Assembly: GCA_963712745.1 (NCBI GenBank)
Contig: CAVQJC010000007.1
Coordinates: 1-64,000 of the forward strand
Reading direction: 5' to 3'
From: an uncultured Chloroflexia bacterium
GTDB taxonomy: Bacteria; Chloroflexota; Limnocylindria; Limnocylindrales; CSP1-4
Length of the DNA: 64,000 nucleotides
The notes beneath the pieces are model-generated. The model ran no database searches, was not told where the DNA came from, and saw only the letters and a program-made list of their open reading frames with translations. Position 1 is the stretch's first letter. Each line of letters opens with the position of its first letter. Positions 1 through 9,444 of this stretch are shown here, one piece after another. Position numbers and translations under genes: made by a program.

Positions 1-268
1 CCGAGGGCATGTAGGACACACGGCTGCGGACCTCGACCGCGCTGGTGGCCACATCGAGCCCCAGCACGGAGGCCGAGCCTGCTGTCGGAAAGACGAAGTG
101 CAACAGGCTGCGAATGGTCGTGGTCTTACCCGCTCCGTTCGGGCCCAGGAAGCCGAAGACCTCGCCCCGCTCGACCTCGAGGTCGAGGTCGACCAGCGCC
201 TTGACGTCCTTGTAGTGCTTGGTCAGCCCCTCGGTCTTGATGGGGGGCGCTCCATCGGTGGTGATCAT
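1..268 (-). CDS. ABC transporter ATP-binding protein (N-terminal part; runs off the window)
   Basis: Manual translation from ATG at 268: MITTDGAPPIKTEGLTKHYKDVKALVDLDLEVERGEVFGFLGPNGAGKTTTI (Walker A). ATGA overlap with the upstream regulator. Not in the ORF track. Confidence 0.9.
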   Translation of the reverse strand, partial: MITTDGAPPIKTEGLTKHYKDVKALVDLDLEVERGEVFGFLGPNGAGKTTTIRSLLHFVFPTAGSASVLGLDVATSAVEVRSRVSYMPS

Positions 269-744
269 GCTTCCTCTCTCTGTGCCTTGCGCCGCTGTTC
301 CCAGCGCTCGCGGAGCCTTGGGATCTCTTCACCCCAGAACTCGGAGAACGCGATCAGCTCATCGAGGCCGTCGGTGCGGGTCACGCTCCCGGCGGCCTTG
401 ATACGTCTGGCCTCGTCGGCCAGCCGATCGAACCCGGACATCTTGGTGGTGGCCGCCTGGACCCACCAGCCCGACCGCAGCCGGTAGTAGGTCTTACGGT
501 CCCCGACTCGGTGGCGCTCCTCGATGGCGTTCAACTGGAGCAGCATGCGTGCGCCCGCGCTGACCGAGGCCCGGCTCATGCCGATGCTCGCGGCGATCTG
601 GCCGGCCGATTGCTCGGCCGGATCGCAGGCCATGAGGTAGCCAAAGATCTGGCCGGTGGAGCGGGATACGCCGAGAGATGAGAACCACACGCCCATGAGC
701 TCGGTGATCTCGTGCTGGCCGGGCCCAGCCTGTGTGTCAGTCAT
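265..744 (-). CDS. GbsR/MarR-family transcriptional regulator
   Basis: 159 aa, GVSRSTGQIFGYL...SAGQIAASIGMSRASVS wHTH, GDRKTYY wing; coupled to the ABC ATPase gene. Confidence 0.85.
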   Translation of the reverse strand: MTDTQAGPGQHEITELMGVWFSSLGVSRSTGQIFGYLMACDPAEQSAGQIAASIGMSRASVSAGARMLLQLNAIEERHRVGDRKTYYRLRSGWWVQAATTKMSGFDRLADEARRIKAAGSVTRTDGLDELIAFSEFWGEEIPRLRERWEQRRKAQREEA

Positions 745-937
745 TTCTGACAGTTCTGTTCATACGATCATCAGCATATTATTCGCGGTCGTGGCAGCCA
801 GTGCCATTGGTCATGACCGGTGGTGGGCCGCCTGGTCGGCAACTACCCGGCGCGAGCCCGTGGCTGACTCTGCGCAGTCATCGAAGGATCGACTCGCGGC
901 CGCCGGCCGGCCGAGCTCGCGCCTGTGGCGGTGTTCG

Positions 938-2038
938 TCAGCCACCCGGGCGTTGCCGACCTCCGCGCACCAGGCCCACCACGATGACGACGCCGTAGAG
1001 CGCGATGGCGACTCCGGTGAGGAGGCCGGCACCCTGGCGCAATCGCTGGTCCACGAGGACGTCGCCAAGGATGCGGGCGGCGACCGCGATGTGTAGCAGG
1101 GCCAGCGGGACCCACGCGAAGCGGAGGTGGCCGATCGGCCGCTCGAGGATGGCCGGGAAGATGATCGGTGCATGTCCGAAGACCATCGAGAAGACGAAGC
1201 CGAGCAGCACCGCGTGGAGGTAGGCGTCGTAGGCGAAGCCAGTCCAGATCGTCTGGTTCACGACCGCGATGGCTCCGGCCAGGCCCAGCCAGGCATAGCC
1301 GGCCAGCAGGCAGGCAGCCACGAAGCGCGGCAGGCCCGGCCGTCGGATGGTCAGCCAGGCGAGGTCGTAGCGCAGCAGCCATGCTGCCAGCGCGAGCATG
1401 CCGACGCCTGAGAGGCGGACTCCCATCGGTTCGTCGAAGAGCATGGAGAGGAGTGCACCCACATAGATGGCTACGGAGATCCCGAAGGTCACGTAGGCAG
1501 CGCGGCCATGGACGCGCAGCCGGGCCAGCTCGAGCCGCTCGCCCACGATCGTGAGCACGAGGAACGCCATCCACCAGGGCGTGAGGAAGGGGACGATGCG
1601 GTCGGCCAGCCAGGCTGCGTCGGCCAGCAACAGGAAGCCCGCACCCATGGCCATCGTGGCCACGTCGAGCGTCGGGATCCGTCGGAGCATCTCGAGGTTG
1701 ACGGTCACCAGCACCACCGCGCCGGCCGTCAGCAGCGCCACCGCCGGCACCGTAGCCCCGCTGACCAGCAGCACCATCGTGCCCGCTCCGCCCAGGACCG
1801 GCGCCGCGTCGGCCCAGGTCCAGTTCCGGGCCATGACCGTGCGAAGCGCCACGGCGCGCTCGAGCGCGATCAGCGTGCCGAAGACGCCGGCCACGAGGAT
1901 GGGACCATGCAGGCCCGCCCGGTCCATCGCCAGGGTCGGCACCTCGATGCCAAGGCGCGCCAGGCCGGCCATGATGCCGACGACCATGGCAGCCACGATC
2001 ACCGCCAGCAATGGCAAGTGCAGCGCTATACGTTTCAT
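938..2038 (-). CDS. Multi-pass membrane protein, NnrS-like
   Basis: 366 aa, many TM segments, HGPILVAGVFGTLIALERAVA and YDAYLHAVLLGFVFSMVFGHAP His-containing motifs. Confidence 0.6.
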   Translation of the reverse strand: MKRIALHLPLLAVIVAAMVVGIMAGLARLGIEVPTLAMDRAGLHGPILVAGVFGTLIALERAVALRTVMARNWTWADAAPVLGGAGTMVLLVSGATVPAVALLTAGAVVLVTVNLEMLRRIPTLDVATMAMGAGFLLLADAAWLADRIVPFLTPWWMAFLVLTIVGERLELARLRVHGRAAYVTFGISVAIYVGALLSMLFDEPMGVRLSGVGMLALAAWLLRYDLAWLTIRRPGLPRFVAACLLAGYAWLGLAGAIAVVNQTIWTGFAYDAYLHAVLLGFVFSMVFGHAPIIFPAILERPIGHLRFAWVPLALLHIAVAARILGDVLVDQRLRQGAGLLTGVAIALYGVVIVVGLVRGGRQRPGG

Positions 2039-2101
2039 GTCGCCAACCCAGGCCGAGTCACCTGGCTCGGACGTTCGAACCGTCCCCGGTGGACGTGACC
2101 T

Positions 2102-2614
2102 TCAGCTCTGCGAGTTCGGGCCGAGCGCGTCATCCGTGCCTGCGCCTTCGAGCCGGAAGAACACCCCCGTTGCCGAGACATGGCGGCCGGCAAGGCGGTA
2201 GAGGGCGTTGCCGGGAAATGGGTGCTGGCGGGACGTGGAGCGCACGACGGCATCTCGCTCTGAGCCTGGCGCCAGGACCACGGCTCGCACCTGGTACGCC
2301 GAGATCCGCGCGCTTCCGATCGAGGCGCCACCTGCCGCGCGCAGGTTGAGGGTCCAGGCAGTATCGCCGCTTGGATGCCCGACGTAGCGACGGCCCCCGA
2401 CCGTCAGCAGCCCCAGCGGCAGCGACCGCTCGATCGCCGACCGCCGCCCCACGACCCGCAGCACGACGACGTTGCCGAAACCTCGGCTGAGCGCGAGCCG
2501 CATGAGTGGTGCGCCGATCAGGCGCAGCAGGCGATACCAGACGCGGAACGAGGTAGACCACGGCCCGGTGGCATGCACCGGCGTGGAGAAGTCGGCTGTC
2601 GCAAGTCGGGTCAT
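2102..2614 (-). CDS. Deazaflavin (F420)-dependent nitroreductase-like (DDN family) protein
   Basis: LRVVGRRSAIERSLPL and WTLNLRAAG motifs typical of the split beta-barrel DDN family. Confidence 0.65.
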   Translation of the reverse strand: MTRLATADFSTPVHATGPWSTSFRVWYRLLRLIGAPLMRLALSRGFGNVVVLRVVGRRSAIERSLPLGLLTVGGRRYVGHPSGDTAWTLNLRAAGGASIGSARISAYQVRAVVLAPGSERDAVVRSTSRQHPFPGNALYRLAGRHVSATGVFFRLEGAGTDDALGPNSQS

Positions 2615-2620
2615 AGTCAG

Positions 2621-2696
2621 TGGCGCGCCCGGCGGGATTCGAACCCACGGCCTTCTGCTCCGGAGGCAGACGCTCTATCCACTGAGCTACGGGCGC
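2621..2696 (-). tRNA. tRNA-Arg(CCG)
   Basis: Reverse complement GCGCCCGTAGCTCAGTGGATAGAGCG-TCTGC CT CCG GA GCAGA-AGGCCGTGGGTTCGAATCCCGCCGGGCGCGCCA; full cloverleaf with encoded CCA. Confidence 0.97.
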
Positions 2697-2891
2697 GCAG
2701 GCCACCATTAGACCACAGCCCTCTCAAGATCCGAGACGGGCCAAGCCGAGGGCGTGGCACTCCCGTGGCTGGGCGGGTCGGTCTCGCTGCTGCTGGGCTC
2801 GGGCCGCGGTGGCGGAGATGGTCGCCATCATCAAGGCGACCACCGCGGTCGTCGGCCCCGCTGAGCGTGACATCGGCGTATGGTCGTGGTC

Positions 2892-3374
2892 ATGACTGCT
2901 CTCGTCTCGATCCTGGCGGCACTCCTCGTCAGCCTGGTCGTGGGCCTCGGCGTGTTCCTCGGCGGCATGCACTTCAAGTGGACACCGGTCGTGAACGCCG
3001 TCCGCCGGCTCAACCTGCGTGTCATGAATCCGCGCCAGATGGAGACCGCCGGCCAGCCCGGCGCCTACGCCCAGGTCCTGCGCCATAGGGGCCGCTCGTC
3101 CGGCAAGACGTACGAGACCCCGCTCGGGATCGAGCCCATCCAAGATGGCTTCGTCATCGCGCTCGTCTATGGGAACGACAGCCAGTGGCTCAAGAATGTC
3201 CTCGCGTCGGGGACCGCGGAGGTCGTGGTGGACGGTCACTCCTACCTGGTCGACCGACCGGAGGTCGTGCCCCTGGCCGATGTCATCGACGCCTTCAAGG
3301 GCTCTGATCGGCCTCTGTTCAGGCTCTTCGGGGTCGATCGTTGTCTCCTCCTCCATCGGGCTGAGTCCGAGTAG
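2892..3374 (+). CDS. Deazaflavin-dependent nitroreductase family protein with N-terminal TM anchor
   Basis: [29 protein letters not shown] motifs. ATG 2892 lies 7 nt after TATGGT. Confidence 0.8.
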   Translation: MTALVSILAALLVSLVVGLGVFLGGMHFKWTPVVNAVRRLNLRVMNPRQMETAGQPGAYAQVLRHRGRSSGKTYETPLGIEPIQDGFVIALVYGNDSQWLKNVLASGTAEVVVDGHSYLVDRPEVVPLADVIDAFKGSDRPLFRLFGVDRCLLLHRAESE

Positions 3375-3384
3375 ATTCGGCAGT

Positions 3385-4789
<1,405 letters not shown>

Positions 4790-4791
<2 letters not shown>

Positions 4792-5480
4792 CGCATCCTT
4801 CAGCGCTCATATCGGCTCGGTGACGTGCCAGGGATGGCTCGGCCAGGTCGGGACGTGCCTGGGCCAGCTCGCGGATGACCCAGGCCACGCCGGTCTGAGC
4901 GAACCGCTCACCGTCGAGTGCCAGTCGCTCGGCGGTGTCGACGATGAGTTGTGCGTGGTCGCCGGTGGAGGCCAGGTTCACGAAGCCGACGAGCGCTGCC
5001 CGGCGTTGCCAGACGGTGTCGGCCTCCACCCACGCGGCGACCGCTCTGGCACAGCCCTCAGAGCGCGCGATGAGCGGCCCGAGCACACGCACGCAGAACC
5101 AGTCGACCGCGTTCCAGTCGGCCAGGTGGCCATCCTCGAAGAGGGCCCCCAGGGCCGGCAGGCTCGGCGTGCACCCGACTCGACCTTCGTGGGATGAGCC
5201 GCTCCTCGCGCAGGATCATGGCTGAAAGCTTGTCTTCCGTCATGGGACTGCGCAGCAGTTCCAGACAGGTCTCGAGCTGGTCTTCGGCCGGCAGATCATC
5301 CCCGCCGTGAGCTTCCCATCAGGCCTTGGATGCGCGACGGATCTGCGGCGTGGGCACGCCCCGAAATCGAGCCTTGCCCTTGAGGTAGCGCTCCCACCAC
5401 GCACGCTTGCCTTCGTCGGCTCGGGCATCGAGGGCCGACTGCAGCTCGTCGATCGGGGGTTCTACAGAGGTAGCAGCCAC
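4790..5480 (-). pseudogene. DNA alkylation repair protein (AlkD-like) pseudogene
   Basis: From GTG 5480: ...ADEGKRAWWERYLKGKARFRGVPTPQIRRASKA* (in-frame TGA 5319-5321) WEAHG...EDKLSAMIL, then a frameshift near 5150-5190 into WNAVDWFCVRVLGP...VWQRRAALV...RFAQTGVAWVIRE. Confidence 0.75.
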
Positions 5481-5499
5481 GAACCGTCCTCAGAATCGA

Positions 5500-5666
5500 G
5501 GCGACCCCGTCGAAACGGGGTCGCTTTAACTGTCCCGGCTGATCGGGAGCAAGCTCCCGAGTCTCTGCCACGTCGCAAGGGCATCTATGACGCCGGCTTC
5601 ACCGGCTACCCTAACCCAACCTACCCATGACCTTGCGTCTAGGTCAGTAGTGCTGTCGAGCAGCAC
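5500..5666 (-). ncRNA. Candidate structured small RNA (unknown family)
   Basis: Five clear hairpins plus a weak one in about 170 nt (loops CUUG and UUCG on the minus strand), an upstream sigma70-like promoter and a terminal perfect 10-bp stem. Confidence 0.45.
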
Positions 5667-5673
5667 GAGCCGA

Positions 5674-5703
5674 ATACTAGCGTCACTCTCGGCTTGAACT
5701 CAA
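5674..5703 (-). promoter_or_regulatory. Putative sigma70-type promoter for the candidate ncRNA
   Basis: TTGAGT (5703-5698), 18 nt, TAGTAT (5679-5674); overlapped by palindromes CTTGA-AC-TCAAG (5693-5704) and AGCCGA-N15-TCGGCT (5668-5694). Confidence 0.45.
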
Positions 5704-5780
5704 GGGTTTATTCACATTGCATAGATGAAGGTTCCATAACATTTCTCGGCGGAGTGTGCATTCGTGCCGACTAGGTGCAG

Positions 5781-6485
5781 TCAGGAGAGTGCGCTGATGG
5801 CCTCGCCCAGATCGATGGCGCCGGTGAAGAGGGCCTCTCCCAGGATGACTCCTGCGACGCCGGTATCGCGCAGGCGATGGAGGCCGCTCATGGAACTCAC
5901 GCCGCCGGCTACGAGCACTTCGGCATCCAGCCCCTCGGACAGCCGACCGATCATGGCGAGGTCCTGGTCGCCGGTGACGTGCGAGAAGATGAAGCGGATG
6001 ACGCCGGCCGTGTGCAGCTCGATGACCAGCTCCTCGAGCGTGGGTTCCGAGCGGTGCCGCCAGGGGTATCCATGCAGGCTCTCCGGTCGCGCATCCATGC
6101 CCACCGCCAGCCAGTCACCGCCGATGCGCAGGCATTCGGCCAGCAGGGCGTGATCCTCGGCCACAGCCCACAAGGGCATGACCACGCGCGTGGCGCCGGC
6201 CGCGTAGGCCAGCTCGATCTGCTCGGGCCCGTCGATCCCGCCAGCCAGCTGCAGCGGCTTGGCCACCGCGCGCGCGATCGAGCCGATGGCATCGATGTTG
6301 GCCGGGCGGCCCTGGCCCGCGCCGTCGAGGTCGACCACGTGGATGGCCGGTGCACCCTGGCCTGCGAAAGCCTCGGCGATGACCGCCGGGCGGTCGGTGG
6401 GCGTGCCGCTACCAGTCGAGGCTCCGGGCCACCACACGAGGCGCGAACGGCCACCCTGCAGGTCGAGGCTGGGAATCAGGTGCAT
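5781..6485 (-). CDS. HisA/HisF-like TIM-barrel protein (divergent HisA paralog)
   Basis: LIPSLDL, IHVVDLDGA, VAGGVSS, GVILGEALF match HisA; other motifs diverged. Confidence 0.75.
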   Translation of the reverse strand: MHLIPSLDLQGGRSRLVWWPGASTGSGTPTDRPAVIAEAFAGQGAPAIHVVDLDGAGQGRPANIDAIGSIARAVAKPLQLAGGIDGPEQIELAYAAGATRVVMPLWAVAEDHALLAECLRIGGDWLAVGMDARPESLHGYPWRHRSEPTLEELVIELHTAGVIRFIFSHVTGDQDLAMIGRLSEGLDAEVLVAGGVSSMSGLHRLRDTGVAGVILGEALFTGAIDLGEAISALS

Positions 6486-8152
6486 CAGCCGTCGAGGGTG
6501 CCGGGAAGTGTGGGCCCGCCACCTTCACCCGCCAGCAGACGCCGGTGGAACGAGATGGGCAGGCTGCCCGAGTAGAGCAGGGCGTCGTGGAAGCCCTTGA
6601 GCGAGAAGGCTTCGCCCAACCGCACCTGCTCGTCGCCACGCAAACGCAGCAGCAGGACCTTGCCCAGCAGGTACGAGAGGTTGTAGCCGGGGGTCAGTGT
6701 GTAGCGGTGGACCTCGGCTTGCGCCACCGGCCGTTCGAAGCGCGTGTGCTCGACCAGGAAGTCGACGGCTTCGTCCACGTCCAACTCGCCGCGGTGCAAG
6801 CCGATGTCGAGGATGATTCGAGCCGCCCGCCAGATGGCGTCGGTGGCCACCACGACCCTTCGCTGGGGACTGTCCTCGAACCCTTCCTCGAGCATCATCT
6901 GCTCGCAGTACATGCCCCAGCCTTCGTGGAACTCGGGTGCCTCCTGAAGCAGGCGGGAGGGAGACGGGCTCGACAGCGCAGCCGAGAGCTGGAGATGGTG
7001 GCCGGGGTAGGCCTCGTGGACGCTCGTGTTCACGATGCTGGCCCAGTTGTGTTCGCGCATGGCGCCGGGGGCATCATCGACCGAGGGCGTGACCAGGTAG
7101 ATGCCGCGGATGGGTCGGTCAAAGGCCGCCGGATCGAAGTAGGCTGCCAGCGGCAGCATGCCCCGCATGTGCACCGGCGTTGGGATGACCTCGAGGACAT
7201 CCCCACGCGGCAACGTGGCCAGGTCGCGTTCGATGACGAACGCCCGTGCGCGCATCATCGAATCACGGTAGCCCGCCAGCGCGCCGGCGAAGTCGGCCGG
7301 CCCATCGGCCTTCACCCGGTCGACCACCTCTGCCTCGGAGAGTCCCGGGTCGATCGCGCGTCCAGCCTCCTGCCGAGCGGCGTGCTGTGTCTCGAGTTGC
7401 TCATGGCCGATGGCCAGGATGTCGTCCGTGCTGAGCCCATCGAGGGCCCTCGACGCCAGCAACCCGTCGAGGTCGTCGCGACCCAGGGCGATACGCCCGC
7501 CGGCGCGGGGAAGCTGCTGCTCGATCCAGGCCGCGTAGTCGAGGAGAGCGGCACGCGCGGCTCTCGCCGCGGCCTGCAGGCGACGCAGCTCGGGGCTGGC
7601 CTGTGACCACGCGTCCATGGCGCTGTTCACGATCTCGTGCACCAGTAGCGGCAGCTCGGCTGCAGCCGCCTTCTCCAGTTCCAGCCATAGCCGTACCGGT
7701 TCGTCGCCGACGCGGTCACGCACCTGCAGCAAGGCCCCGGGGATACCCTCGATGCGCTCGGTCATGGAGATGAGGCGTTGCTCCAGTGGTGCGAAGTCGC
7801 GACCCGCCAGCAGGAACAGGCCGGTGCCGATCTCCTCGGTCGCCGACGTCGTCCGCTCCCAGGTACGCACGACCTCGTCCTCGAAGAGCCGCAGGTGAGC
7901 GGCATGGAGCGCGAGCTCGCGCTCGAAACGCACGCGCTCGCTCAGGGTGGATGCGTTGACCCCTTCGAGCTGGTTTACGAAGGCGCGTTCGGCCGCGATG
8001 TCGGCTTCCTTGGCGGCGCGGGAGAGGTCGGCCAGGCGGCCGTCGTGCTGGTGCAGGCCGAAGCGGGTGGCATGGCCCGGCCAGGTCTCGACGAAGGCGT
8101 CGAAGCGCGACGCGATGAGCGCGCTGACGAGCGCGTCGTCGGTCGTTTGCAT
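6485..8152 (-). CDS. DUF885 family protein (putative metallopeptidase-like)
   Basis: HEAYPGHHLQ, FHEGWGMYCEQ, RAARIILDIGLH, FSLKGFHD motifs. Start MQTTDD at 8152. Confidence 0.9.
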   Translation of the reverse strand: MQTTDDALVSALIASRFDAFVETWPGHATRFGLHQHDGRLADLSRAAKEADIAAERAFVNQLEGVNASTLSERVRFERELALHAAHLRLFEDEVVRTWERTTSATEEIGTGLFLLAGRDFAPLEQRLISMTERIEGIPGALLQVRDRVGDEPVRLWLELEKAAAAELPLLVHEIVNSAMDAWSQASPELRRLQAAARAARAALLDYAAWIEQQLPRAGGRIALGRDDLDGLLASRALDGLSTDDILAIGHEQLETQHAARQEAGRAIDPGLSEAEVVDRVKADGPADFAGALAGYRDSMMRARAFVIERDLATLPRGDVLEVIPTPVHMRGMLPLAAYFDPAAFDRPIRGIYLVTPSVDDAPGAMREHNWASIVNTSVHEAYPGHHLQLSAALSSPSPSRLLQEAPEFHEGWGMYCEQMMLEEGFEDSPQRRVVVATDAIWRAARIILDIGLHRGELDVDEAVDFLVEHTRFERPVAQAEVHRYTLTPGYNLSYLLGKVLLLRLRGDEQVRLGEAFSLKGFHDALLYSGSLPISFHRRLLAGEGGGPTLPGTLDG

Positions 8153-8174
8153 GTGGTCGGTCTCCTGGGTCGGG

Positions 8175-9269
8175 TCAGGCGGCCATGGCCGAGAGCCCGG
8201 CCGCAGCCAGGGCCTCACGCGTGATGCCCAGCGCGCGCTCGATATCTGGACCGTCGATCCCGTAGTGCGTGAGGGCCCGCACACGGCCAGCGGGGTAGCC
8301 GATGTAGGCCAGGCCACGGCTCCGCGTCTCGGCCATGAAGGCCTCGCGGGCTTCGAGGATCTCCTGGCCCGGCCGCGGCCGCAAGCTGAAGACCAGGTAG
8401 TTGGTGGTCACCTCGGCGGGATCCAGGCCGATGATGCCGTCCAGCTCAGCGAGCCCCTCGGCGAGCCGCTTGGCGTTGGCGTGGTCGTGGGCGAGGCGTT
8501 CGACCATGCCCAGGGCACCGTCCTGCAGGGCCACCAGGCCGGCCGCCGCCAGGATGCCGGCTTGGCGCATGCCGCCGCCTACCAGCTTGCGCGCTCGATG
8601 GGCTCGGGCGATGAACTCCCTGGAGCCCACCACGACCGAGCCGACCGGGCAGGAGAGGCCCTTGGAAAGGCAGAACGTCGCGCTGTCGGCCGGCGCCAGG
8701 AGCTCTGACACCGATGTCTCGAGGGCGACCGCGGCGTTGAACAGTCGCGCGCCGTCGACGTGGAGTGGCACGCCGCCCTCGTGGGCCACCGTGGCTAGCC
8801 GCGCGGTGTACTCGGCCGAGATGGGCCGACCGAGCGTGGAGGCGTGCGTGTTCTCGAGGATGACCAGGGCGGTCTGCGGCTGGTGTGCGTCGTCGGGACG
8901 AAAGGCTGCTCGCACCTCGTCAAGGTCGAGCGTGCCGTCCGCCCCGGCCTTGATGGTGCGGGCGGTGGCGCCGGTGATGACCGCGTAGCCGCCGGCCTCC
9001 ATCTGGACCACGTGGGTCCCGGACTCGACGATGATCTCACCGCCGCGCGGCACGTGGGCCAGGTGAGAGACGAGGTTGCCCATCGTGCCGCTGGCCACGA
9101 AGAGCGCGGCGGGCTTGCCGGTGATCTCGGCGGCACGCTCCTGGAGGGCATTGACGGTGGGGTCGTCACCAAAGACGTCGTCGCCGACCTCGGCCTCGGC
9201 CATCGCCCGGCGCATGGCCGGAGTGGGCTTGGTGACGGTGTCGGAACGCAGGTCGATGAAGTCGGGCAT
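8175..9269 (-). CDS. ltaE: Low-specificity L-threonine aldolase
   Basis: [49 protein letters not shown] (PLP lysine), GGGMRQAG. Confidence 0.95.
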   Translation of the reverse strand: MPDFIDLRSDTVTKPTPAMRRAMAEAEVGDDVFGDDPTVNALQERAAEITGKPAALFVASGTMGNLVSHLAHVPRGGEIIVESGTHVVQMEAGGYAVITGATARTIKAGADGTLDLDEVRAAFRPDDAHQPQTALVILENTHASTLGRPISAEYTARLATVAHEGGVPLHVDGARLFNAAVALETSVSELLAPADSATFCLSKGLSCPVGSVVVGSREFIARAHRARKLVGGGMRQAGILAAAGLVALQDGALGMVERLAHDHANAKRLAEGLAELDGIIGLDPAEVTTNYLVFSLRPRPGQEILEAREAFMAETRSRGLAYIGYPAGRVRALTHYGIDGPDIERALGITREALAAAGLSAMAA

Positions 9270-9340
9270 GGCCCCGCGAGCATAGCCGCGCTTCGTGCGC
9301 GGCGTAGTCAGTCGCTCTCTGCTACATTCTGCGTTCCGCG

Positions 9341-9417
9341 GGACCCGTAGTGTAGTGGCCTAACACGCCAGCCTGTCACGCTGGAGATCGCCGGTTCGAA
9401 TCCGGTCGGGTCCGCCA
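9341..9417 (+). tRNA. tRNA-Asp(GTC)
   Basis: GGACCCGTAGTGTAGTGGCCTAACACG-CCAGC CT GTC AC GCTGG-AGATCGCCGGTTCGAATCCGGTCGGGTCCGCCA. Confidence 0.97.
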
Positions 9418-9444
9418 TCCCAACTTCCCTGACCCCAGGCCCGC

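Noticed and set aside
5319-5321. In-frame TGA in the alkD-like gene as recoding (Sec or Trp)
   Set aside because: The gene also has a frameshift, and TGA is a normal stop elsewhere in the window; simple decay.
5604-5627. Telomere or telomerase-template-like CCCTAACCC sequence
   Set aside because: A single imperfect unit with no array and no reverse transcriptase nearby; kept only as part of the ncRNA candidate.
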